A stretch of DNA of 64,000 nt from assembly GCF_006345805.1 (NCBI RefSeq), contig NC_042998.1, forward strand, positions 202,616,001-202,680,000. The letters are read 5' to 3'. The notes beneath the pieces are model-generated. The model was not told the origin of the DNA and searched no databases. It saw only the letters and a program-made list of their open reading frames with translations. How positions within the stretch are numbered: the stretch's first letter is position 1; each line of letters starts with the position of its first letter. Below are positions 38,034 to 51,760 of this stretch, piece by piece. The position numbers were made by a program, and so were the translations under genes. The DNA is from Octopus sinensis. Its lineage: Eukaryota.

Positions 38034-38405
38034 GTGGAGGCAAAATGGCTCAGCGGTTAGGGCAGCGGACTCGCGGCGTAAGATCGCGGTTTCAATTCCC
38101 ATACCGAGCGTTGTGAGTGTTTATTGAGCGAAAACACCTAAAGTTCCACGAGGCTCTGACAGGGGATTGTGGCGAACCCTGTTGTACTCTTTCACCATAA
38201 TGTTCTATCATTCTTTGTTTCCGTTGTACCTGTATTTCAAAGGGCCGGCCATGTCACACTCTGTGTCACGCTGAATTTCCCCAAGAACTACATTAAGGGT
38301 ACATGTGTCTGTGGAATATTCAGGCATTTGCACTTTAAATTCACGAGCAGCTGTTCCGTTGATCACATCAACTGAAACCTTCGTCGTCATAACCGACGGA
38401 GTGCC
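38034..38405 (+). mobile_element. SINE family B, diverged
   Basis: tRNA-like head and tail ..AACCGACGGAGTGC. Confidence 0.88.
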
Positions 38406-38576
38406 ACGAGACTTAAATGATAAAATTCTGGAAAGTTTTACAGATTTTTACAGTTTCTTTCCAACAATTAAGCGAGCCGCCCAGCGAACTTAGCTGACCT
38501 TTTCTGATATTTTGAGAGTAGAATAAATACCCATGAATACAACTATGTTGCCCAAATCAATGGATCAATGATGAAC

Positions 38577-38579
<3 letters not shown>

Positions 38580-38609
<30 letters not shown>

Positions 38610-38950
38610 TGCGTGTGTGTGTGTATGTGTGTGATTGTGCGTGTGTGTGATTGTGAGTGTGTGATTGTGTGTGTGTGTATGTGTGTGATTGTGTGTGATT
38701 GTGTGTGATTGTGTGTGATTGTGTGTGTGATTGTGTGTGTGTGATTGTGTGTGTGTGATTGTGTGTGTGTGATTGTGTGTGTGTGATTGTGTGTGTGTGT
38801 CTGTGTGTGTGTGTGTGTGTGTGTCTGTGTGTGTGTGTGTCTCTGTGTGTGTGTCTCTGTGTGTGTGTCTCTGTGTGTGCGTCTGTGTGTGTGTGTCTGT
38901 CTGTGTGTCTCTGTGTGTGTCTGTGTGTCTATGTGAGTGTGTGGGTGTAT
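38580..38950. repeat. (GT)n microsatellite with GTGTGATT and GTGTCT sub-arrays
   Basis: Direct reading. Confidence 0.95.
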
Positions 38951-40021
38951 GTACGTTTGCGTCTGTTTAGATGTGGAGAAATTTAGCTAAATACGTAAAA
39001 GAAAGAGCTCATTAGCCGAGGGCTACACTGATTCAAGGGCCTACAGATTCTGACCAATGGGGCCATCTTACATTGGAACAAAATTTTAAGATTGTGTTTT
39101 TGTTTTGTTTTTTTTTTACATAAACATAAGCCCTAATGATAAAGGAAGCTTAATAATACGGGAAACTTTTCAGTTACTTTTTCAATTAAAAGCATCAGCA
39201 AATACAATTTGTAGTTCTTGAACCGCTCAAAAATTCTGCATGGCTTCTGTGCGTTTTGAATTATTTTTTGTAAGTAGTATATTATGCCAATAATCAAGGA
39301 TAAAAGTTGCGAATATGTTTAGGTTTAAGAACACCTAAAAGCTCGCAACGGTATATGCATCTTTAATTTCGAAGGATAAGTATTATTGTTTCCCCTGGAC
39401 ATATAAACTTGTTAATCATCATCTTTACTCGTTTACGACTGGAGATTTCAGTCGTCCACTCATTAAACTGCCTGAAGAAAACTATGAAACTGTCATTCGT
39501 CCTGTAAAAGGTGTTGTCGGAATTTAGTATCATTGTTGACAAGTGTGAAATTCAAACTCAAGTGTGCTTCAATAATGAGTGAGATTTGCAACTCTTCAGT
39601 TTCAAAGGCTTACAAGAAACTATGAGGTTCATTTTGCTCTGCAGTTTTCGTGCATTTAATTAACTGCTTAGATTTTGATGTTACTACATTACACCTTGTA
39701 CCCATTAATTCGAAACAAAATGAACAATAGAAACGCAGTTGCCTTGACGATATATTCGAACCGCACGCTTCTCTAACAAATTCTACTTTGAGAAATAAAA
39801 AGAGGTGTTCTGTATGGTGAAGCAATCAGTTGACAAGATGGTTTGTGTTCTTCTGGTTTCCGTGTGTAGGATTTTTAATTTGAGTAATTGATGAAGAGAA
39901 AGTCAAAGTAATATTAGAAGTAAGGTAACTTTTAACTTAATAAATTCGTAAGTTTTGCTAATCTCGAAATAGCTCTATTTCCCATAATCCCTGTTCCTAA
40001 GGGGTTTTTTGTGTGTATGTG

Positions 40022-40452
40022 ATATGTGGAGTAAATATATTACCTATTTCTTTATTACCCACAAGGGGCTAAACACAGAGGGGACAAACAAGAACAGACA
40101 TAGGTATTAAGTCGATTACATCGACCCCAGTGCGTAACTGGTACTTAATTTATCGACCCCGAAAGGATGAAATGCAAAGTCGACCTCGGCGGAATTCGAA
40201 CTCACAACGTAACGCAGACGAAATACCTATTTCTTTACTACCCACAAGGGGCTAAACACAGAGAGGACAAACAAGGACAAACGGATTAAGTCGATTATAT
40301 CGACCCGTGCGTAACTGGTACTTATTTAATCGACCCCGAAAGGATGAAAGGCAAAGTCAACCTCGGCGGAATTTGAACTCAGAACGTAACAGCAGACGAA
40401 ATACGGCTACGCATTTCGCCCGGCGTGCTAGCGTTTCTGCCAGCTCGCCGCC
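40022..40452 (-). mobile_element. SINE family A head-to-tail dimer
   Basis: Reverse complement of the arrangement at 8087. Confidence 0.88.
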
Positions 40453-40714
40453 TTATGTGGAGTAAATATATTACCGTGATGCATTTTATCACTGGACTGA
40501 AGCCACAGTTACAGTGGAAATAGAGTTGTTTTAAAGAACATCATCAAAATAATACGACCGAATATGGCTCTCGAATCCGTTAGCAAACACGTCCATCCTC
40601 GGAACCAGTCTGACACCAGACTCTCGATATGGCATCAGTTCCCACCATCAGGACCTTCAATGTAGAAATTTTCTCTTTCTTTCTTTCTCTATCTCTCTCC
40701 CTCTCTCTCCACTA

Positions 40715-40768
<54 letters not shown>

Positions 40769-41179
40769 AGCTAGCTATTTATCCGTTTAACAGTCTGATT
40801 GCCTGCCTATATATATTTATATATATATAGTTAGATAGATAGATAGATAGATAAACTTACTTGGAAATGGATGCATGGTGTTCAATCATATAATAATATA
40901 AATAATATATATATATTCCTCTTCAGGCTACTAATATCCCTCTTCATTCCTCCCAAACTATAGACATGCAACCTAGACACCTCATACTAAACCTACACTG
41001 ACACCACTAACACGTATTTCGAAAACATCCATCCACGCCAATGTTGTCGGGCACGAAATCATAATTACTGCACATATCAAAGCAATATTATACGCCATTT
41101 AACCTGTCAATAAATGAGCATCTAACTAGAAGCCCCTGGGTTACTGCTAAAACAGAGACTCCCAATTAATGATGGTCTT

Positions 41180-41335
41180 TGTGGAGGTGCGTGGCATAAT
41201 GGTTAAGGTGTTGGACTCATTATCGTAAGATTGTGGTTTCGATTCCTGCATCAGGCGACGCATTGTGTTCTTGAGCAAAACACTACATTTCACGTTGCTC
41301 CAGTCCACTCAGCTGGCAAAATGGGGAAGAATATA
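41180..41335 (+). mobile_element. tRNA-headed SINE with CORE-like domain, truncated
   Basis: GTGGAGGTGCGTGGCATAATGGTTAAGG..GGTTTCGATTCC..TGTGTTCTTGAGCAAAACACTACATTTCACGTTGCTCCAG. Confidence 0.7.
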
Positions 41336-43177
41336 TACGCCAGGGAAACCGAGAAACCGTCCTTTATGAGTCAGTATGACTTACTTACTTACTTACTTAC
41401 TGAGGATCTTTCCTGACGAACAAGCACCTTCAATATAGCTAAGACTGCATCACAAAGCTTTCCGCTACAAGGCTAGAAACAAGCGAACCCTCACACAGCA
41501 ACTACTAATCCTCGGCAAACTTCAGATAAAAGCAAAACCTGCTCCCACAGCCGAAATGCATCACATAATTTGTCTCCCAAACATCAGCAATTTCGAATGA
41601 CGAGCTACTACATGTATTACTTGCACCCTTTAATTATGTATTGATCTACAGGGTCAGAAGCACGGGGTCTTCGAGATCAATCGAAAACGAAATGAGAAAT
41701 TAAGTCATTAATGTGATTGCTGATACTATTTTCTTTATGTTCTACATTACTCTTGCTTTCAAACTAACCGACCCTCCATTTTGAATATAAGCAGAAGTGG
41801 ATACTGGTATGCATAACGATGAAGTGAATGTAAAGGGTATCATCTCAAACTGTTAGTAGTAAATACATATAGTCGCAAGAACTGGCAAGCAAGGTAGTGA
41901 TTAACCACTATATATGGAAATTCATAAGATGATGTCATGTATGATGTGAAATGGACTCGTGTTTATTGAAGGCATAATTTCAAAGTTTACCAAGTAGCCT
42001 CGACTGAAAAAAACAAATTTGCTTCAACTTAAAATTGTAGTATCTTGTAGGCTTTTATCGCAGAAAGATAGTATAATGCTTAATAAATCACAGACATGAG
42101 CGTACATGCAGAGAATTAGTATAGTCAATATAATAAACAGAAGTACTTCAATGTTCCTTTTAATTGTAGGAGACAGAATGAAAGTAACAGTCGACTTCGA
42201 AGAGAATTTTACTGAGGCTGTAATGTAGGATATGTACAATGCATTTCGTCCGCAACTCCACTGATTTTATCAATTCACATGATAATAGAAATATACTTAC
42301 CACGTCTGAAGAAAGATAAAGTTGTTATAAGACAGATTTATATCGCGGCGCTAGCTTAAGACGTGTTTTCACAGCTCTATGATAAAATCAATTCTCATAC
42401 ACAGAACTAACACTGTGGATCAAATTGTATCAATAACGACATATATACACGTGAAAAGACTTCATTAACACTATTTTCACCAGAACTATTTTATTGGAAA
42501 TTTGTGGTCAGTTTCTGATTATGTTCCTAAGCCATAACACACAGATGTCAGTTAGAGAAACGTGGTGCGACAATGTACAACGGAGTTTTTGTGAGAAATA
42601 CACAAAAACAAATGTAGGTTCTAAATGCATAAATAACCACACACACACAGACCTTTTTAGACAGACAAAAAGACAAACAAGTAGGTAGAGTGATAGAAAG
42701 AAAAAAAGAAATAATGACAGAAAGAATGAAAGAAAGGAAGGAAGGAAGAAAGACACATCCGAGTATTGTACCGAACGCAATGCAAAAGTCGGCACAACAT
42801 ATTTATTATCACTGGCTTGTCGTTCATCTTATACATGATTATTGATTAAATCTTCCTCGATGCGAGCAAGTCATAGACTGTGTGTACCTCAAGAAAGGTC
42901 GTCCGCCCAGCTTCTGCGTATTGGGTTGTGAAGCATATATATACTAGATGTAGCAAATAATTTGACATTTTGCAATGTTAAATTCTCTGCTGTTCTCCAA
43001 CCCATTTATAGATACACTAATGTCTTGCAACAAGTTTTCAACGTCACAAGGGCTCTTAATTGCATAAGATACGTTTTGCTTCACAAGCACCACAGTGAGT
43101 GGTTGTTTGCACAATTGAGGGCGTGTTTGATAGACTCGCTACAAACAGCTTGTGCAAATACAAACAGACACATACAC

Positions 43178-43234
<57 letters not shown>

Positions 43235-43263
43235 CGAGAAAGAAGCAACAAGAATGGATAGGT

Positions 43264-43354
43264 TTTTAGTACGATCGTTTCATACAAGGACAGGTTTTAT
43301 TAAAAGTTGCAAAGATTACAGCATATAAACGAGTCCCGTACTCATCAGCTAAAA
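43264..43354 (-). ncRNA. Type I hammerhead ribozyme, canonical core
   Basis: Reverse complement of 43837-43927. Confidence 0.85.
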
Positions 43355-43836
43355 TACATGTAAGTTCTCTAGACATCCTAGTGTTTGAGGCTATACTCAT
43401 GAAGTAATGTAGATAATTAAACAGATTTCTAAAGTTCATTAAAGTTCTTTAAAGATGATGTACAGTCTTATCACAGAATTTTAAAAAAGTTTTGATAGCA
43501 TCACAGAGAAGGTGACCTAATCCATATGAATTTCCATAGATATGATGAGGGATTATATACTCACAGAAGACAAATTTATCCATTGTTAATTACAACGTTG
43601 TAATTAACAATGGATAAATTTGTCTTCTGTGAGTATATAATCCCTCATCATATCTATGGAAATTCATATGGATTAGGTCACCTTCTCTGTGATGCTATCA
43701 AAACTTTTTTAAATTCTGTGATAAGACTGTACATCATCTTTAAAGAACTTTAATGAACTTTAGAAATCTGTTTAATTATCTACATTACTTCATGAGTATA
43801 GCCTCAACACTAGGATGTCTAGAGAACTTACATGTA

Positions 43837-43927
43837 TTTTAGCTGATGAGTACGGGACTCGTTTATATGCTGTAATCTTTGCAACTTTTAATAAAACCTG
43901 TCCTTGTATGAAACGATCGTACTAAAA
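43837..43927 (+). ncRNA. Type I hammerhead ribozyme, canonical core
   Basis: UUUUAG CUGAUGA GUACGGGAC..GUCCUUGUAU GAAA CGAUCG UA CUAAAA: 6-bp stem I, long stem II, palindromic stem III ACGAUCGU, GUA site. Confidence 0.85.
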
Positions 43928-44241
43928 ACCTATCCATTCTTGTTGCTTCTTTCTCGCTTATAATCACCCCACATTACTGTATTGTTAAATCAGTATAGTT
44001 TTTTTTGGTGCATCTAAGTTAGGTACCATATTCAAGTAAATTTTTTTAAATTAACTTGAATCTTTATTGCTCTTTGTATATATATATATTATATATATAT
44101 ATATATACTCTTTTTTGACTGCTGTGTCGCCATTTTTCGGTGTATTTCAACCAGAAAAATGTTTACTTAAAGAGAATAACAAGCTACATAATGCAAAATT
44201 TTTACTTTTCAAAAATTCCAATTCTACAGGGTGGAAACAAA

Positions 44242-44270
44242 CCCGAGCAACGCCGGGCGATACTGCTAGT
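44242..44270 (+). mobile_element. Helitron 3' terminus
   Basis: Hairpin CCCG-AGCAACGC-CGGG followed 8 nt later by CTAG then T; the 5' TC end was not identified. Confidence 0.6.
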
Positions 44271-45593
44271 GGCACTATACAGCTCTCTGGTAATTGCAAT
44301 AACACAGCTCAGTGGCGATTATTCCAGTTTTTGCTACAACGAAACAGTTCAATAGTGCTAAAAGCACACCTCAGCTGTGTTCTGTTGTATTGAAATTCGA
44401 ATATTTAATACTATGCTATTTATGCTAGACGCAAGAATACTTTACTGGGGCATATATACTTTCTTAGGCACATTACATTTTTATGAACGTTAATACAGGC
44501 GTATAAATATCTTTGTTTACATAGTACATTTCTCTGTAATCTGTACACAGCTACTTTGCTGTCCATACATATAGCGCGCGCGCGCATGTGTGTACGTGAG
44601 TGTGTGTGTGTGTGTGTGTGTATGTGTGTGTGCGTGTGTGTGTGTGTGTGTGTGTGCACATAATCTAAGTATATTTTGTAGTTTCTGTTTCGGCTTTACA
44701 TTTATAACTTGAAATTTTTTACTTATACTTACTTCAATCTCAAGCACAAACAGTACTTTATGACATCAAATAGAAAAAGAAAAATAACAACAGCAGAAAT
44801 AACAAAGACAAAGACAAACGGCGCTGTACATGGAAATTTTTTTCTTACTGATAAAATAATATTTTATCATGAAATAATGCTTTATAGCATTATATACACA
44901 AATTACCTGTAACATATATGTACAACATAATTTGTATATATCGTTTCAAAGAAACGACATTTTTCGGAGCGCATACGAACAAGTACGTACACATTTTACG
45001 TAATCTTAGAAGCAAACTCTGTAGTTAAAATTACATCAGCAAAAAGTAACTTAGCTTTTTCTTAGTTACCGAAACAAATAATCTAATATTTTTTCGAAAT
45101 TTTGTTGGTGTGATGAAATAAAACGACATTCAGGAAATTGCATCGTTTTCACATTTCTCTTGTCTGCTATATTTCATTAAATCTTGTAATGTAATATATA
45201 TTTAACTGTTTTGATTTTGATACACTTTTGACATGGAACAAACGTATATCTTGATTTGTAATTTTCCAGTCTAAAACCTTTCAAACAGTTGATAGTATCT
45301 CGGTAATTTTCCTGATACTAATTTCTCTTTACATAAATTCTTTCTTTTTTTTTTTATTTTCAACGATGTCAGCTTATTGTGTTAACAATGTATTTTTAAC
45401 GACGACATTTAAAATTGCAAACACCTTTCGTAGAATTTACTAATTTGCTTGGGTAATTCAGGAAGTCAAAGTTATTTTTTTATCTTCCTCATTAATTCTC
45501 GTTTCCTTTATGCCACTTTTCTCAACAATTACCAATGTTGTACATTACAGGTATAATCTGGTACTATTCACCCACATATTCATATGTACAGAA

Positions 45594-45972
45594 GTGGAGG
45601 CGCAATGGCCCAGTGGTTAGGGCAGCGAACTCGCGGTCATAGGATCGCGGTTTCGATTCCCAGACCGGGCGTTGTGAGTGTTTATTGAGCGAAAACACCT
45701 AAAGTTCCACGAGGCTCCGGCAGGGATGGTGGTGATCCCTGCTGTACTCTTTCACCAAAACTTTCTCTCACTCTTACTTCCTGTTTCTGTTGTACCTGTA
45801 TTTCAAAGGGCCGGCTTTGTCACTCTCTGTGTCACGCTGAATATCCCCGAGAACTACGTTAAGGGTACACGTGTCTGTGGAGTGCTCGGTCACTTATACG
45901 TTAATTTCACGAGCAGGCTGTTCCGTTGATCGGATCAACCGGAACCCTCGTCGTCGGAACCGACGGAGTGCT
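45594..45972 (+). mobile_element. SINE family B
   Basis: Full head and tail. Confidence 0.9.
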
Positions 45973-46385
45973 TCCATCCTTATGTACAGATACATTTCGG
46001 TTTTTTCTTATGATTTTTTTCATTTTCTGATTTCAAATTTTTCTTTCCTATTCACTCCAAGCTAAAGCATCACAGTTCTTAAAAAATATTAAAGCTAAAG
46101 TAATATTATTGAAAACAGAATATACATGTAAAATAATAATAACCTTCCAGATTATTCATTTCCTAGAATTGTATTCATGTGATGTGTTTGGCTTGTGAAA
46201 GGGGGTACTAAAACCCGTTTTCATTTAAAGCTAACTGGAAGCTAAAAATAAGTGAGAACTTTGAAAGATGGAGACAGGAAGTAAATGTCAGTGAATGAGA
46301 TTGAATTCAAAAATTTGAATGAGAAATTGAGACCCACTTTGAAAAAAGGCCATAAAAGCCACATTAGATAAGTTTTAAATGCGTG

Positions 46386-46431
<46 letters not shown>

Positions 46432-46959
46432 CGTGTGGGGGTACGTATGTAAGTATATATGAGTGTGTGTGTGTGTGTGTGTATGTGGTGTGCGCAAATG
46501 TTTAAGATGCTTTGGAGAAAAACCTTCGTAGAAGAATGCTATGCAAAGCCCGTCCACAGTTATTGTCTACCTGGTGTTATAATGCAGTGGAAATGCCTCT
46601 GCTACTGGATATGCATCAGGAATTCCATAGCACCATTGCTCAGTTTTATTTCAAGATTTCTTCCCAATAGAGAAAGCCGGTTTCTAACCTAGATCCGAGG
46701 CTCCTTCATTGGAATTTCAACATCAACAACAGGGTATTTCTGTATGTATGTATGTATGTATGTATGTATGTATATATGTATGTATGTATGTATGTATGCA
46801 TGTATATATGTATAGATGGATGGATGGATGGATGAATGTATGTATATGTCCAGATATGTATGCTTTGTTTTATCTATGTATTCTATTGGATATAGTTCCA
46901 TACCTAGACATGCTCATGTATATTTAAATGATAACCATCTGGAGAAAGTTATACAGATT

Positions 46960-47480
46960 TTTACAGTTCCATTGACGGATTGTATCTGTAGTCTTCGAAT
47001 TAGCTTTCTTCTTTCTGGTTTTGGAAGCCTAATTTCTCAAGATTGGTATGTAGGTAGTGTGTTATATATCCCGAGGCCCCAATAATTACAGGTATAAATC
47101 TGAAATTGTAATCTGGATAGAGTAACAGCAGGTTTCTCAATAGTTCAGCGAAACTTTTCTCTTTTTCACTGATCTTCAGCTTTATGTTAACATCCTCTGA
47201 GCAGCTAATTTCTACACCTATACACAGTTTCTCTTCCCTATCCCAAATCATTTTATCAGATCCGTTGTGCTTACATTTTATTGTCTTCACTGGGACATTC
47301 CACCAGCATTCCTTTCTATTATGAGTGGCTATAGCTTCTACCATTCTATGGGTTCTTCTTTCTTTCTCCTGGAGGTTATCCCTCTGATATGTTCGGACTA
47401 TTGCTTATGTATGTAGTAATAATCGATTGAGTAAACAGAAGATGCAATTGGTATAACTTCTTGTTTTGTACGACAACGGT
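46960..47480 (-). mobile_element. R2-superfamily (R4-like) LINE 3' fragment, restriction-like endonuclease
   Basis: ISEKEKSFAELLRNLLLLYPDYNFRFIPVIIGASG (47000-47344). Confidence 0.75.
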
Positions 47481-47938
47481 CTCCATCCGTCCAGCAACTG
47501 TCCTTTATAGGTGGAATGCTGTGCATCATTCTACGTTGCACCAGTTTTGCAGTCTGGATAAAATCAGGTGCATTCGAAAGTGGAGTCCTGCTAAATACTT
47601 TGATTTGGGGCAGTCATGTTGCTATTTGCTCGCTTCATATGTATGTTGAATTGTAAATGTGCGTGGAGGAGGGATTCAATAAAGAGAAGGGACAAATCGA
47701 AACAATGACGGGGCTGAGGAATGAAAAGAGAAAATAAATTCCTTCATTCGACGGAAACGGGAGTCTAAGTGACCTCTGTCAAAAACTAGGTCGAACACAG
47801 ATAGATATAGTTTCGAATGACCAGTCGGGCTGAAGTGTCGCGAGAACGGGCTGTTATCGCTGAACATGATGTCGCTAAGGTGTTTGACAAACCAGCAAAC
47901 CGATCACAACACCTTCCAGTTTGACCAATATACAGGGA

Positions 47939-47973
<35 letters not shown>

Positions 47974-48162
47974 ATATAAGAAGTTTGAAAACGACACTAT
48001 GTAACATAAATTTTAATTTTCTTAGATGTTTTATGTTTCAGTTCTTCTTGAAGAAACGAACATTATCAAAAATATTTTAAAAACTTCAGTGTAATAAAAA
48101 AGTTCATAATTGTTTTTTACTAGTCTCAACAGAGTCCATCTGGTGGTGTTTTGTGGAGGGGA

Positions 48163-48198
<36 letters not shown>

Positions 48199-49074
48199 GG
48201 GTTTGTATGATTATGTATAGAGGGATATATATTATTCAAAGAAATTCCAACTCTGTCTGTTTTTTATGTTTTATTTATATTCTTTATAATATTAATGTAG
48301 AGTATAGAATATATAGTTTAAATAATATGTATATAGTAAAATGAAATGAAGTATTGATCGTGTTATTGTATAGATGTAATATTGAATATAAAATATAAAA
48401 TATTAAGAGACTAGTATACTTTCTTGCATTATAGCAGTCTTCGAGGTCCCAGGTTGTGACAGGAGTGTTTCAACTGTGGTTGACTGGCTGTCTATTATCC
48501 TTTATATATGTTCTTGTAGGAAGCAGTAGTAGTTGCTTGGCTATTTTTAGAAATGATGCCAAACCATATTTCAATGTTTATATTTTGAAATTTATGATAG
48601 CAGTACTTTTTAGAGATTTTTTTGTTTTGGTTATAGAGGATAAGATTTTTAGACACCAAATAAGATTAATTTAATCTTTGTTTGTTAAGCTTGGGTTAGA
48701 ATTTCTTAATAAAGTCCTTTTTTCTCAGCTTTCTCTTAATTTCATTCAGGTTGTAAAGTTTATGAAATGGAAATATCATAAAAGTTTTCCGACCACATAT
48801 TGCCAAATGGTTACTCAGTGGTATTTGGCGGACTTCTGGGTATTTAATTTGTTGTCGATGCACACGCGAGCGCTCTGAATGTGCATTACCTGTCTGGCCA
48901 ACATACAGTTCTTCACAATTTGGGCGTATTATACATATTATTTATACTATATATTCTATATTCTACATTAATATTATAAAGAATATAAATAAGACATAAA
49001 AAACAGAGTTGGAATTTGTTTGAATTATATATACATATATATAAATATATATATATATATATGTGGATGGATGG

Positions 49075-49114
<40 letters not shown>

Positions 49115-49115
49115 T

Positions 49116-49235
<120 letters not shown>

Positions 49236-50234
49236 CGAATCTTAGATTAGTTAAAATATACTTGTGACAAATTTCAACTGCTAAAGGCAAATTAACTGCA
49301 GCTACTATGGAGAATAAAATTTTCTCTTATGGTAAAAAAGTGTAAAAAGACTGTATCTGTCAAATGCCGCCACCAGTTTAATTTTAAAATATTGATGTTT
49401 CTTGCTCCTTAGCCGGCATCAATCAAACATTCCGAAGAGAGAAAAACTCTGAACATACCTAATCAAAGCCGTAGCTTTAACCAAGATACAGTCAACAACA
49501 TTGACTGATTTGCACCAATAGACCGCCAAGGCCGTGACACTTTCAGTAATAGCAACGCCAAGCAGCGTGTAGCCTCAAGGTTAGTTAAAATATGTTTGTG
49601 ACATACTTCAATTGCTAAAGTCAAATACGTATGGATGTTACAATATGGATGTATGCCGAACACCTAAAGCTTTCACTTCATATTTCCGGTAGGTTTTAAG
49701 GCAATTAATCATAATAACTATGTATAGAATTAAATCAAAATAAATCATAATAAAGTCGATTAGAAGTTATCATATGGATCAAAGCATTAATCGTACGATG
49801 ACAGTCAATAATGAATTTTATGGCGAAGATAGCAGTAAGATAGGAGGCTAGCACATAAATTCTACATTATGAATGTATCCACACCTTCCTTCAAAAATTC
49901 CATCGAAACCCCTCACTCATAGACATACATAAATTCCCAAACTAAGTTAAATTGACATCCACATACTCACACACACAAAATTATAATACTGAGATAGCCT
50001 CACACATGCTACATATACTATACATCTATACATATACGTAAATAGATATACATGCTAGCCAACACATACAGGTAGACATCCACATGCATGCAAACACTCG
50101 CATATACACAAGCACACACATTGAGCAGCATTGATAAATACACTCACAAACATGAATTAGCATCCACAACAAAATACAAAATACTGTAATGCTAAGATAA
50201 CTGCAAACTTACTGTACATATTATGCATATATAG

Positions 50235-50455
50235 TGATGGCAGCGAACTGGCGCAACGTGAGCAAGACGGGAAAAATACTTCGCGGCATTTCGCCCATCT
50301 TCATGATCTGAGTTTCAAATTCTGCTGAGGTTGATTTTTATCTTTCGTCCTTCTGCGATCGATACAAAAAATACTAGTTGAACACTGGAGTCGAATGAAA
50401 TCGATTTATTACCTCTCCCGAACCTGCTGGCCTTGGGGCAAAATTTGAAACTAAC
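50235..50455 (+). mobile_element. Old SINE family A-related copy
   Basis: GATGGCAGCGAACTGGC..TGAGTTTCAAATTCTGCTGAGGTTGATTTT, diverged. Confidence 0.6.
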
Positions 50456-50613
50456 ATCATATATATAGAAATAGATAAACAAACGCATATATGTATACGC
50501 GCGCGCGAACATATACACACGTAGTTACACATATATATTTACGCGCAAACTTATACACATATACGCACAAATACATGTTTATATATATATATACAAGCAC
50601 GTATATATATATT

Positions 50614-50650
<37 letters not shown>

Positions 50651-50887
50651 GCATATAAACACACCCATACAAGCACAAACATGTATATATGTATATATAT
50701 ATATATATATATACATCTAATATAGGATAACATTTTTCGAAAAAATTTCTATCAATAGTCAGCATATTAAAAAATACCTTTAAAGGTTAAATTTATAAAC
50801 AACTTACAAACAAGGGCAAAAGAAAAAAATTCTAACGCCAAATATGCCGAAAATAGACAAATCGTCAATATATATATTGTTTATATA

Positions 50888-50932
<45 letters not shown>

Positions 50933-51078
50933 AGGATGTATATAAATATATGCGCAAATAGGAAAAGGTGATGACTACTCTCAACTATCAAGTTACAATG
51001 GGAAGATAACTGCACACATGTTTTCTATATTTAAATATACATACATAGATATACATATATACAAAACTATATTCATTT

Positions 51079-51310
51079 ATGGCGGCGAGATGGCAGAAAC
51101 GTTAGCGCGCCGGGCGAAATGCTTAGCGGTATTTCGTCTGTTGTTACGTTCTGAGTTCAAATTCCGCCGATCGACTTTGCCTTTCATCATTTCGGGGTCA
51201 ATAAATAAAGTACCAGTTTCGCACTGGGGTCGATGTAATCGACTTAATCCCTTTGTCTGTCCTTGTTTGTCCCCTCTATGTTTAGCCCCTTGTGGGCAGT
51301 AAAGAAATAT
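51079..51310 (+). mobile_element. SINE family A
   Basis: Same head, core and tail. Confidence 0.9.
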
Positions 51311-51344
51311 ATATTCATTTACACCGCCAACACCCACACACTCA

Positions 51345-51620
51345 AATATATATATATGATTCGACGATTTCCCCTCACAGCGGCACGCACATATGCCATG
51401 TTTTTCTTACTTCTGCTGGTTGCAGATCTCCCAGAATGTTCGTCACTACCGAGATTTTTCGGCCATCTTGGAAACGTTTGAACCACTTTTCCACTCGTCC
51501 GCTCGTGCACGGCTCATACACCTCTCTCCCTACACTTTTTGCAACTTTACGTAGGCCTCTGAGCAGATATCCCCATGACAATTTTCTCTGTCAGGGTCAA
51601 TGCGACGATCACACGTTACA
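51345..51620 (-). mobile_element. Mariner 5' (HTH) fragment
   Basis: Frameshifted pieces EKWFKRFQDGRK and VRAAVRGNRRI. Confidence 0.7.
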
Positions 51621-51746
51621 CCCGTTACTCCCAAGCTCTACTGTAAACAGCGGAAGTGAGATAGAACGTTAAAACTTAGTGCACGTGCACAGCAGAGATC
51701 AAGTTCAATCTGTGTCAAGCGGTTTTACTGTGCGTGCTTTAGCTTT

Positions 51747-51760
51747 GTTGCTATGGCAAC
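51747..51760. promoter_or_regulatory. RFX X-box motif
   Basis: GTTGCTATGGCAAC fits the 14-bp X-box consensus; ETS-like CGGAAGT at 51651 and palindromic GTGCACGTGCAC at 51678 lie nearby. Confidence 0.5.

Larger units (their letters stand above)
43231..43960. repeat. 730-bp spacer-less palindrome (Penelope-like pseudo-LTR fold-back)
   Basis: Centre ACAAC/GTTGT at 43596/43597; arms identical except two 1-bp homopolymer indels. Confidence 0.95.

Noticed and set aside
42024-42239. Protocadherin-like last domain plus transmembrane helix
   Set aside because: Hydrophobicity is explained by AT-rich codons; no DxG, LDRE or DxNDN motifs.
49432-49460. CCGAAGAGAG-AAAAA-CTCTGAAC
   Set aside because: Resembles the 36775 motif but lacks the full GAAAC, stem III and stem I.
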